Positions 57,477-64,000 of a stretch of DNA of 64,000 bases are shown piece by piece; within the stretch, counting starts at the first letter, position 1; every line of letters begins with the position of its first letter. The notes beneath the pieces were generated by a model that was not told the origin of the DNA, ran no database searches, and worked only from the letters and a program-made list of their open reading frames with translations. The stretch is from a virus. The stretch covers positions 1 to 64,000 of IMG/VR virus record IMGVR_UViG_3300024307_000003; one strand, given 5' to 3'. Position numbers and translations under genes: made by a program.

Positions 57477-58943
57477 TTATTCCCAGTAATAGTCATACTG
57501 GATGTTAGTTGCAATTGTTCCCGAAGTACCTACCGTACCAATATGCTTGACGCACAGCTGAACAAATTCTCCGGGGTTGACATAAATCGGGTTCTTAAAC
57601 GTAGCTACAGGGTTTATTTGAGAAACAATAGTGTTAACAGCTTGTGCAGCTGTCACTGTCTGTGTAAGTTCTGGAAGCAGTACAATACGGCGGGCTTTTG
57701 TTGTAGCAGCTTCTGCTGTAGCCAACGATACTGCTGTATGTCCAAACGCCAGAGTAAATATCCGGTTCATAGGTCCACCAGCCAGTACAGTTTGAACAAA
57801 AGAAGACAACTTAATACCAGTGATAACCAAACGCTTACCTGTTGTGTTGGCACCTGCTGCTGGAACCTGATAAGAATTCAGAATACCGTCTGTGTTAACT
57901 GCCAACGTAAAAGTTTCCCAAGCCTGACCACCAAGACCGCCCGGTAAGTTTGCAGTGAGGGCAGTGTTAGACGGAACGGCTGCGGTTGGGTTGGTGGAGT
58001 TGGTATAGGTAGCCAAACTACCCATTGTTCCGCCAGTTAAACCTTGGTAACTTCCGTATATACCATTAGCTATATTACCTGCTTCGCGGGTAATATTCAT
58101 ACCACCTACACGAACGTTATAGTTGGATAGGTTGCAGTTTAGAGTGGCCGAAGCAGCACCACCTACAATTGCGTGCCGCAAGAAAACCGGGAGAGCTGGG
58201 GAGGCATGTGGTTGTCCTTGACCACTGGGAGTATTTATCACTGCGTAAAGGTCTGTAGATTCACCATCGTTAATCCAGAACTCTGTGGCCCTGTGGTGAA
58301 TATAAACAATAAACTGGTATTTCTGGTTAAGAGAGGGGGTAAAGTTCATTACAGAACTAACTCTCTCTGTACCGTTAAAGTTTGATACCCCAAATAAACC
58401 TGCCGATGTTACACGGAAATATGCCCCGTCTGTAGGAGCATAGGGGTTCGATGTGGCGTTAAGACCTAAACCAAAATCGACAACTGTGTTTGCTACTAAC
58501 CAAGCAGAGAAAGAAATTTCAATATCTGCTGATGTTGTACAAGTTCCGTAAGTAGGAAACGTTGCGTATGTGCGGAAAGATGTTCCTGTGGTGGTGGTTG
58601 TGATATTACCACCATTGGTTTGCATACCAGCAGTACCCCATGTATTTGTCATGGTGGTGTTATGGTATTGATGCTTACCTGTGTTCTGTGCCGTAGAATT
58701 AAGTGTCTCGTCGTCATACATGGTGTCGAGAGCAACCCGAAGACGATAATCTAAATCTGTTTCTGGTGAATACATTTGAGGGTCTGTTGCAAGGACAGTG
58801 CCCGTATCATTCTCAGAATAAATACGAATACCTCCAACAGAGGCAGGTGTATCACTATTTGCTAGAGTAACTTTTGCATAACCGTTGGCGTCAGCCGTAA
58901 GTTCTGTTATTCCACTTCCGAAGCCAATTTTTGCTCCACTCAT
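57477..58943 (-). CDS. virion structural/fibre protein
   Basis: 488 aa, Thr/Gly/Asn-rich, lectin-like central part; follows the collagen gene. Confidence 0.65.
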   Translation of the reverse strand: MSGAKIGFGSGITELTADANGYAKVTLANSDTPASVGGIRIYSENDTGTVLATDPQMYSPETDLDYRLRVALDTMYDDETLNSTAQNTGKHQYHNTTMTNTWGTAGMQTNGGNITTTTTGTSFRTYATFPTYGTCTTSADIEISFSAWLVANTVVDFGLGLNATSNPYAPTDGAYFRVTSAGLFGVSNFNGTERVSSVMNFTPSLNQKYQFIVYIHHRATEFWINDGESTDLYAVINTPSGQGQPHASPALPVFLRHAIVGGAASATLNCNLSNYNVRVGGMNITREAGNIANGIYGSYQGLTGGTMGSLATYTNSTNPTAAVPSNTALTANLPGGLGGQAWETFTLAVNTDGILNSYQVPAAGANTTGKRLVITGIKLSSFVQTVLAGGPMNRIFTLAFGHTAVSLATAEAATTKARRIVLLPELTQTVTAAQAVNTIVSQINPVATFKNPIYVNPGEFVQLCVKHIGTVGTSGTIATNIQYDYYWE

Positions 58944-58944
58944 T

Positions 58945-59913
58945 TTAAATTCCTATACACATAACCGAATACTGGCCTTTAGCCTCTGCTTCGGAATAGA
59001 GGGTTATTGTGAAACCTGTTCCAGCAACAATGTCGCTTACAACAGGTCTGATATTCAGAAGATACATTTCGTCTGGATCAACTCCGGAGGGGGTTAGAAC
59101 ATTACAAACAACTTCGCTGCTAACACCTACCCAAGATTGTCCTGTTACTATTGTCTGCGCTTTGTCCGTAAAGGAACTACCAAAATCACATACAACGTTT
59201 ACACTACTACCACTTACACCAGCTGGACCAGTAGCGCCCGTAGCGCCTGTTGCACCAGTCTCTCCTTGTATCCCCTGAACGCCTTGAATGCCCTGAATAC
59301 CTTGTATTCCCTGCGGACCCTGTAAAGAAGATAATGTTACGATGTTGGTCCACGAAACATCTCCGACATAACGCCACTGAATGTATGTACCATTACTTTG
59401 AAGCTCTACTTCTCTACCATCAACTCCATTTGTACCTGCCGGACCTTGTATTCCTTGAGCACCAGAAGGCCCTTGAGGGCCAACTTCGCCTTGTATACCT
59501 TGGGGTCCGGTGTTACCCTGAATCCCTTGTGAACCTTGCGGTCCTACTTCTCCCTGTATTCCCTGTATTCCTTGTGGGCCTGTAATCTCTGAAAGAAGAA
59601 TTAAGTTTGTCCAGCTAACATCCCCAACATATCTCCACTGGACGTGTGTAGCAGACTTTTGTAATTCAACTTCCCTTCCATCTACTCCATCACTTCCGTC
59701 AACCCCTGCTGCGCCTGTATCTCCTGTTGGTCCAACCGAACCTGTGGGACCAGTGGCTCCAGTAGGGCCTATAGGCCCTCTTATACCTTGTTGGATGGAG
59801 GAGACAACACCTCCAGCGTCAACTCCAAAGGAGAGTGTCCCACTATCCCCTTCCTCAAGAAACACTTTCGTGTCAATTGGAGACGATTGGAGAATCTTTG
59901 TGACAATACTCAC
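58945..59913 (-). CDS. collagen-like fibre protein
   Basis: Gly-X-Y runs interrupted by two DGREVELQ...QWRYVGDVSWTN modules. Confidence 0.88.
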   Translation of the reverse strand: MSIVTKILQSSPIDTKVFLEEGDSGTLSFGVDAGGVVSSIQQGIRGPIGPTGATGPTGSVGPTGDTGAAGVDGSDGVDGREVELQKSATHVQWRYVGDVSWTNLILLSEITGPQGIQGIQGEVGPQGSQGIQGNTGPQGIQGEVGPQGPSGAQGIQGPAGTNGVDGREVELQSNGTYIQWRYVGDVSWTNIVTLSSLQGPQGIQGIQGIQGVQGIQGETGATGATGATGPAGVSGSSVNVVCDFGSSFTDKAQTIVTGQSWVGVSSEVVCNVLTPSGVDPDEMYLLNIRPVVSDIVAGTGFTITLYSEAEAKGQYSVMCIGI

Positions 59914-60221
59914 TGTGTAACACTCCGAAGAACATTGATTTCAAATGTCTCTGTGTATACGACTTCTGTAGAGGGGAGGGTGTAACGAATGTCACAATAG
60001 AGAATACATATGGGCCAATCATCTGTAGAGCTGTCTGAGAGAGTGAAAATCCCGTTAACGTTGTCTGTACGTGTGACAGTTAATTGTGAAACAAGTTTGT
60101 TACTCTTGTCTCTAATTTGTGCTGCAATTGTCCAGCTTGCAAAATCGGATGGAACTACTCCATCGGATTTAACGGATATATCACGGGAGAAGGTGGCTCC
60201 ACGTTTGTGTGAAATCTGCAT
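59910..60221 (-). CDS. BppU/LtfC-like fibre adaptor
   Basis: KRGATF...IAAQIRD...YCDI...TETFEINV..SVT. Confidence 0.7.
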   Translation of the reverse strand: MQISHKRGATFSRDISVKSDGVVPSDFASWTIAAQIRDKSNKLVSQLTVTRTDNVNGIFTLSDSSTDDWPICILYCDIRYTLPSTEVVYTETFEINVLRSVTQ

Positions 60222-60231
60222 GTTCTCTCCG

Positions 60232-60262
60232 AAAGAAAAAAGAAGAGCTACATTTGCAGCTC
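60232..60262 (-). terminator. intrinsic terminator just upstream of the first late gene
   Basis: AGAGCTGCA-AA-TGTAGCTCT-TCTTTTTTCTTT. Confidence 0.65.
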
Positions 60263-60282
60263 TGAGGTAGGAGAGCTAATCT
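60254..60282 (+). promoter_or_regulatory. candidate plus-strand promoter for the ncRNA block
   Basis: TTGCAG-17-TAATCT (same -10 as at 14206), with TAGGAGA/TCTCCTA inverted repeat over the -10. Confidence 0.5.
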
Positions 60283-60288
60283 CCTATG

Positions 60289-60810
60289 AGGAGAAAGCTT
60301 ATCGTTCTTGTTATTGTTCAATGCTTTCTTCGAAACAAAGAAAAGCCCGCAACTAGAAATCTCTAGGCGGGCTGAAGGCTCTATAACGAGCACCAATAAA
60401 AACGGATACGTTAATGTTGGCTATGTCTGCACGGCTGGCACGGCTGTGCTTGTTGTTATTTCCCAAGAGGAGGGCAATGAAATAGTTGTGGGTAGTCAGG
60501 CCGAACTTCATTTCTGACTCCTGCGACGTTAAGGGTCTGCTTGCAGGCTTTCTCCCTTCGCTTCTACGTGTGGTATCGGATCACCAATTTTACCCACACA
60601 AATACATTCTCCTAACTAGTATTCAGCCGCTAGGAACCTCCCGGCAACTGTGGAAAATGTATTTATATAGGCACTAGATTTACCAACATGCTCTTCGTGG
60701 AAACCCACTGTAATATATCCTATGATCTACTCTGTTCTTTCACCAACCACAAAAGTTAACGAACTACTGAGAGTTAGGATATATTACGGTGAGGGCCTGT
60801 TGATTTCCCT
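60289..60810 (+). ncRNA. large multi-domain structured RNA (or tandem small RNAs), unassigned
   Basis: Successive helical domains 60290-60331, 60383-60456, 60487-60598, 60600-60664 and 60684-60802; G-U pairs favour the plus strand. Confidence 0.6.
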
Positions 60811-60829
60811 GTTATCAGGCTCAGGGAAG

Positions 60830-61024
60830 ATGCTGGAGGAAATACAGCAAGCATCTCAATTCACTGAATATCTGGATTCTTCCAGTTTAACATTTATTGA
60901 TTATGCAGAGTTATACGCTGCAAATAACAATTCTTATAAACCAGAGGATTTTCTTTCCAACCCCTTGTTGGAAAGCTTATTCCTCACAACCGCAAGGATT
61001 TCTAATTTGTGCAGAACTGGATAA
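60830..61024 (+). CDS. possible small acidic protein inside the RNA island
   Basis: MLEEIQQASQFTEYLD...; AGGGAAG SD; same strand as the flanking structured elements. Confidence 0.4.
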   Translation: MLEEIQQASQFTEYLDSSSLTFIDYAELYAANNNSYKPEDFLSNPLLESLFLTTARISNLCRTG

Positions 61025-61066
61025 CAATCTTTTTTCTCTTGACACGCCATCAATATTTCTATTCAT

Positions 61067-61283
61067 TTCGTGGAATCGGGATTGCTATCTCATTCTCTGT
61101 CGGCTTTCCTGCTCTTCCAACATCATCTTAGGCGCGACCTAAGCACCATCGAATTTACGTTAGGCGTTGTTGTGTTTCAGCAAGCCTAGTCCCGGCAGGC
61201 CACGCGCATAGCGTCCGGTCTTCTCTACTATCATTGATCACTGCATCAACACAAAGCTGTGATTTTCGAGTAGTCTCTACGTA
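61067..61283 (+). ncRNA. ~215-nt structured RNA, unassigned
   Basis: Closing helix CGTG..GGGATTGCT/AGTAGTCTC.TACG with G-U pairs; several hairpins; TTGACA at 61039. Confidence 0.55.
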
Positions 61284-61356
61284 AAACTTTTAATATTCTG
61301 GTGGCGTTTTATGACGCGAATATCAGCAGACGCTGCCCGTCGCACGGGGCCATAAT

Positions 61357-61431
61357 TGGTGTTCGTGCAGAGAATTGAACTCTGATTAACAGGTTGAAAA
61401 CCTGCTGTCCTCACCATTGGACGACACGAAC
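61357..61431 (-). tRNA. tRNA-Glu(TTC)
   Basis: Cloverleaf; GCAGG-TTTTCAA-CCTGT; CCA. Confidence 0.92.
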
Positions 61432-61437
61432 AATATT

Positions 61438-61511
61438 TGGAGCGGGAAGAGGGGTTCGAACCCTCGCTATCAACTTGGAAGGATGAAGTGCTACCATTAC
61501 ACCATTCCCGC
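61438..61511 (-). tRNA. tRNA-Gly(TCC)
   Basis: Cloverleaf; anticodon loop CTTCCAA; U73; CCA. Confidence 0.93.
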
Positions 61512-61516
61512 AAATT

Positions 61517-61592
61517 TGGTGCTGCCATCAGGACTCGAACCTGAAACCTACCGCTTACGAAACGGTTGCTCTACCAGTTGAGCTACAGCAGC
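61517..61592 (-). tRNA. tRNA-Thr(CGT)
   Basis: ACCGT-TTCGTAA-GCGGT; CCA. Confidence 0.92.
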
Positions 61593-61600
61593 ATACTTCG

Positions 61601-61726
61601 TGGGGGAGGCTGGAGTCGAACCAGCAAGCCAGATAAACTACTCACAAGGCTTAAAGCCGGCTGCCTTGTTTTCACTCACGAGACTACCCCTCTCTGGGGC
61701 TGCGTATCCCATTCCGCCACTCCCCC
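61601..61726 (-). ncRNA. 126-nt tRNA-like RNA with expanded anticodon domain
   Basis: GGGGGAG/CTCCCCC acceptor; D arm GCG-GAATGGGATA-CGC; T arm GCTGG-TTCGACT-CCAGC; ~75 nt between the D and T arms. Confidence 0.75.
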
Positions 61727-61732
61727 GTAATT

Positions 61733-61809
61733 TGGTCGGAGATACAGGATTTGAACCTGTGACATTTTGCTCCCAAAGCAAACGCGCTACCAGACTGCGC
61801 TAATCTCCA
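61733..61809 (-). tRNA. tRNA-Pro(TGG)
   Basis: TTTGC-TTTGGGA-GCAAA; CCA. Confidence 0.93.
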
Positions 61810-61820
61810 ATAAACGATCC

Positions 61821-62127
61821 GGACACCACTTGGAAACAACAACGTTGTCCCTCGGCCCGCCTTGGCGCGAGCACAGGGAAGAGTATGAATCCTCCCTGCT
61901 GGGTAGCGCTCGATCTCATCCGGTGTTCCCTTTTCAGGGAGTCGCTACGTTCGTGTGTCCAGAAGGGGAGGAACTATGTTCCCACGAATCTTCTGGCACG
62001 CAATTGATTAATCTTAAAATGTGCCTACCCGAAGTTACCTTCCGTCTGCAAGCAACAAACTCCCTTGTCAGTTCAAGGGAAGGTAGGGCTTAAGTCATCA
62101 CCGGTATGGAGGCCGGGAGAGGTGTCC
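61821..62127 (-). ncRNA. ~307-nt pseudoknotted RNA at the head of the tRNA operon, unassigned
   Basis: Terminal helix GGACACC/GGTGTCC; 8 or more internal stems; two pseudoknots; G-U pairs favour the minus strand. Confidence 0.7.
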
Positions 62128-62174
62128 TCAGAAGATGGAACACATAATTAACAAACTTCCCTATTTGTATTTAC

Positions 62175-62203
62175 ATCCTAGCAGATTATTTTCTGTTTGT
62201 CAA
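62175..62203 (-). promoter_or_regulatory. sigma70 promoter of the ncRNA/tRNA operon
   Basis: TTGACA-17-TAGGAT with extended TG. Confidence 0.8.
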
Positions 62204-62219
62204 CACCCAATCTGAAATT

Positions 62220-62525
62220 TTATACAGCTACAGGGAAGCGTCTGAATTCGGCTACAACACCTTTCCCAACTTCCTGCTTACGCTCTTCTTCCCTGTTGGC
62301 AGGTTCGCCCATAAGCTTCTCAGCAGCTTGGGCGTACAGCCAATGCAGCTTCAGGATTTTATCCAGAATCCCAGCACGAGTAGCAGGATTAACCGCAGGA
62401 TCAAACGCCAGCTTCGACATGGCCTCGTAGGCAGGAACTGCGTCTTTGTTCACCAGATCCTGAAGCTCTGTGATATTGTCAAATGTCTTCTTGGCTGCTC
62501 TTACATTCTTGGATACATTAGCCAT
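62220..62525 (-). CDS. hypothetical helical protein (possible terminase small subunit)
   Basis: 101 aa with GAGGA SD; upstream of terL; function inferred from position only. Confidence 0.45.
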   Translation of the reverse strand: MANVSKNVRAAKKTFDNITELQDLVNKDAVPAYEAMSKLAFDPAVNPATRAGILDKILKLHWLYAQAAEKLMGEPANREEERKQEVGKGVVAEFRRFPVAV

Positions 62526-62820
62526 CTAATTCTTCTTCCTCTCCTGAATCTCTTAGGGCTTGTAGAACATTTTCTAATAGCTCTATCAACACCCATGTAT
62601 CTTGTGTATTGCTTTGGATCAGTTTGTAATTGCTATCATCTTGTAACACTGTAAGTCCTACAGTGGGTTTGAAGTCGTATTCGTTCCCCTCCTCGTCTCG
62701 GAGGTAGATAGCGTTCTCTTCAAGGGCTACTACTAAACTAGCTAGGTTGTTTAGGATGTTCTCTATCTCATCGGCAACAGGAGGAGAGGAACGTTTGAAC
62801 TCAAGAATCTTTCCAGACAT
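62518..62820 (-). CDS. hypothetical acidic protein
   Basis: 100 aa with GAGGA SD. Confidence 0.75.
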   Translation of the reverse strand: MSGKILEFKRSSPPVADEIENILNNLASLVVALEENAIYLRDEEGNEYDFKPTVGLTVLQDDSNYKLIQSNTQDTWVLIELLENVLQALRDSGEEEELDG

Positions 62821-63064
62821 ACTACCAATCCTCTTGTTGTTTTAATCCAGATAAGTTAAAATCTAAAAGAAAGAAAAAGAACCAAAAAGAAAGAAAATAA
62901 CTAAATAAGTATATAATACTATAATCTATACATAGCTTTGTACTATACCTTGCTATACTATGCGTTGCTACTTCTTAACCTACTAAGGAAACTCACTACG
63001 TTCGTTTCTATTCCTTGCTTAGGCGGACAATATCGTTTCACTCATTGTCCTGTTCAGTAGGACC

Positions 63065-63093
63065 ATTTTAGCAATAATTTTTTAGTTTGTCAA
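63065..63093 (-). promoter_or_regulatory. sigma70 promoter
   Basis: TTGACA-17-TAAAAT with extended TG. Confidence 0.8.
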
Positions 63094-63320
63094 TACCTAA
63101 TTACTAATCTTTACAAAATTAATACTAATTAGTTACATTAGTGTATACTTTATTTACTAGTTGGATTAGGAAAAGATTCGTTAGCTGTAGACTCTACGCT
63201 TCGCTTCGTAGTCTACTTGAAGCTGTGTCCTAGTGAGTCGGACACAGCGAATATAATATAATAATAAAGTAACTTAACTAATATCTTTGGTGTAAATCTC
63301 TTCTTCAAAGAAGAATTGTC

Positions 63321-63348
63321 TTGACTTTGTGTCAGAATCTGCTAAGAT
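63321..63348 (+). promoter_or_regulatory. divergent sigma70 promoter
   Basis: TTGACT-16-TAAGAT with extended TG. Confidence 0.55.
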
Positions 63349-63392
63349 TTGAACATGGGAACTGTTTGTAAAACAAACTGAATGGAGGAATA

Positions 63393-63560
63393 ATGATCAG
63401 TTATTACATTGGTGTATTACAGGACTACCTATCCGAATTTGGACATTTCGTAAACTCCTGTGTTGACAGAATTCTGATGTGGGTGTTCAATGCAAAGACC
63501 CCTGACGCATTGTTCGGAAACATGATCGAATGGGTGGAGAGAACTATCGCATCTAACTAA
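63393..63560 (+). CDS. hypothetical protein
   Basis: 55-aa ORF translated by hand; GGAGG SD. Confidence 0.6.
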   Translation: MISYYIGVLQDYLSEFGHFVNSCVDRILMWVFNAKTPDALFGNMIEWVERTIASN

Positions 63561-63578
63561 TACAACTAGGAGAATTGA

Positions 63579-63827
63579 GTGAATAAAGATCGAGCATTGG
63601 TGTTACAGATGGCTTTGGAGGAGCAATGCCTCCTACGCACACAGGAAGAAATCATCAAGGACGAGATACGAAAGCTCCCGAGCAAATACATCCCCGAAGC
63701 AGCCAAAGAACGTAATTACATTATGAGCTGTTTCAACCTCTGGACAGAATATGAGCTATACCGTTTCTGTCAATCAACCCAAACTAATATTGGGGAAATC
63801 AAGAAAAGATCACGTTACGAAGAATAA
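63579..63827 (+). CDS. hypothetical protein
   Basis: AGGAG SD with GTG start. Confidence 0.7.
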   Translation: MNKDRALVLQMALEEQCLLRTQEEIIKDEIRKLPSKYIPEAAKERNYIMSCFNLWTEYELYRFCQSTQTNIGEIKKRSRYEE

Positions 63828-63844
63828 CTACAACAAGGAGAAGT

Positions 63845-64000
63845 ATGAAATACGCTACAGTTTACAAATGGGTAAGTATCTACGATTTAATGCGTGTAGG
63901 ATATGACTTTAAGATTGTTCCCCCTGAAACATCTCAAGACGATTACAAGATTGAATACATCACCCATTGTGGAATGGGGATGACCCTCGAAACATTCAAA
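63845..64000 (+). CDS. hypothetical protein (runs off the window)
   Basis: AAGGAG SD; MKYATVYKW... Confidence 0.6.
   Translation, partial: MKYATVYKWVSIYDLMRVGYDFKIVPPETSQDDYKIEYITHCGMGMTLETFK

Noticed and set aside
60286-60366. 26-aa peptide MRRKLIVLVIVQCFLRNKEKPATRNL with hairpin-sequestered SD, as a type I toxin
   Set aside because: The hydrophobic stretch is short and the predicted TSS (~60289) falls after the ATG; cannot be supported, though not fully excluded
60436-60451. TGGCACG...TGCT as a sigma54 promoter
   Set aside because: GG-to-GC spacing is 9 nt rather than the required 10, and the sequence is explained by RNA helices
61277-62093. ORFs 61277-61528, 61600-61803 and 61767-62093
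   Set aside because: They overlap tRNAs and structured RNA; translation artefacts
61821-62127. tmRNA, RNase P, 6S or SRP identity for the 307-nt RNA
   Set aside because: No T arm/CCA, no GAGGAAAGUCC P4 motif, no SRP motif, and not a simple rod
57436-63050. 14-nt exact repeat TTCACTCATTGTCC at the terL start (57436-57449) and at 63037-63050
   Set aside because: Several 14-mer repeats are expected by chance in 64 kb, and both copies are on the same strand, so this is not antisense
1-64000. Stop-codon recoding, CRISPR array, retron/DGR, integrase
   Set aside because: Genes are intact in the standard code and several end at TAG; no suppressor tRNA, spacer-repeat array, reverse transcriptase or recombinase is visible

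Overview
A 64-kb stretch of a lytic, contractile-tailed (myovirus) dsDNA phage genome with a Felixounavirus/rV5/PAK_P1-like head-tail gene order. The sigma70-type promoters and AGGAG SD sites are compatible with a proteobacterial host (inferred, not established). Layout: (1) 1-2.5 kb small early ORFs and a degenerate tandem repeat; (2) 2.5-14.5 kb minus-strand replication block (SSB, family-B DNA polymerase, HNH-AP2 endonuclease, T7 gp4-type primase-helicase, MazG-like protein); (3) 14.7-26.8 kb plus-strand accessory block (metallophosphoesterase, orphan M.HindIII-like methyltransferase, MqsA-type zinc finger, DenV-like protein, SleB hydrolase, 5'-3' exonuclease, HNHs, three atypical tRNAs); (4) 26.8-60.2 kb minus-strand virion operon (holin, baseplate, tape measure, -1 frameshifted tail chaperone, tube, sheath, an 8-gene appendage cassette, major capsid protein, protease-scaffold, portal, terminase interrupted in Walker A by a group I intron carrying an HNH, collagen-like fibre); (5) 60.25-62.2 kb an RNA island. 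The RNA island is the most striking part. It holds four normal tRNAs, a 126-nt tRNA-like RNA with an expanded anticodon domain, a ~307-nt pseudoknotted RNA heading the tRNA operon, and ~520-nt and ~215-nt highly structured elements whose G-U pairs place them on the opposite (plus) strand behind their own candidate promoters. A second highlight is a probable 'bead-on-string' fibre system: two Gp80-like bead paralogues plus two repeat 'string' proteins, one of them fused to the baseplate gp25-like protein. All family assignments come from motif recognition by eye and RNA structures from manual pairing; no database searches were run.
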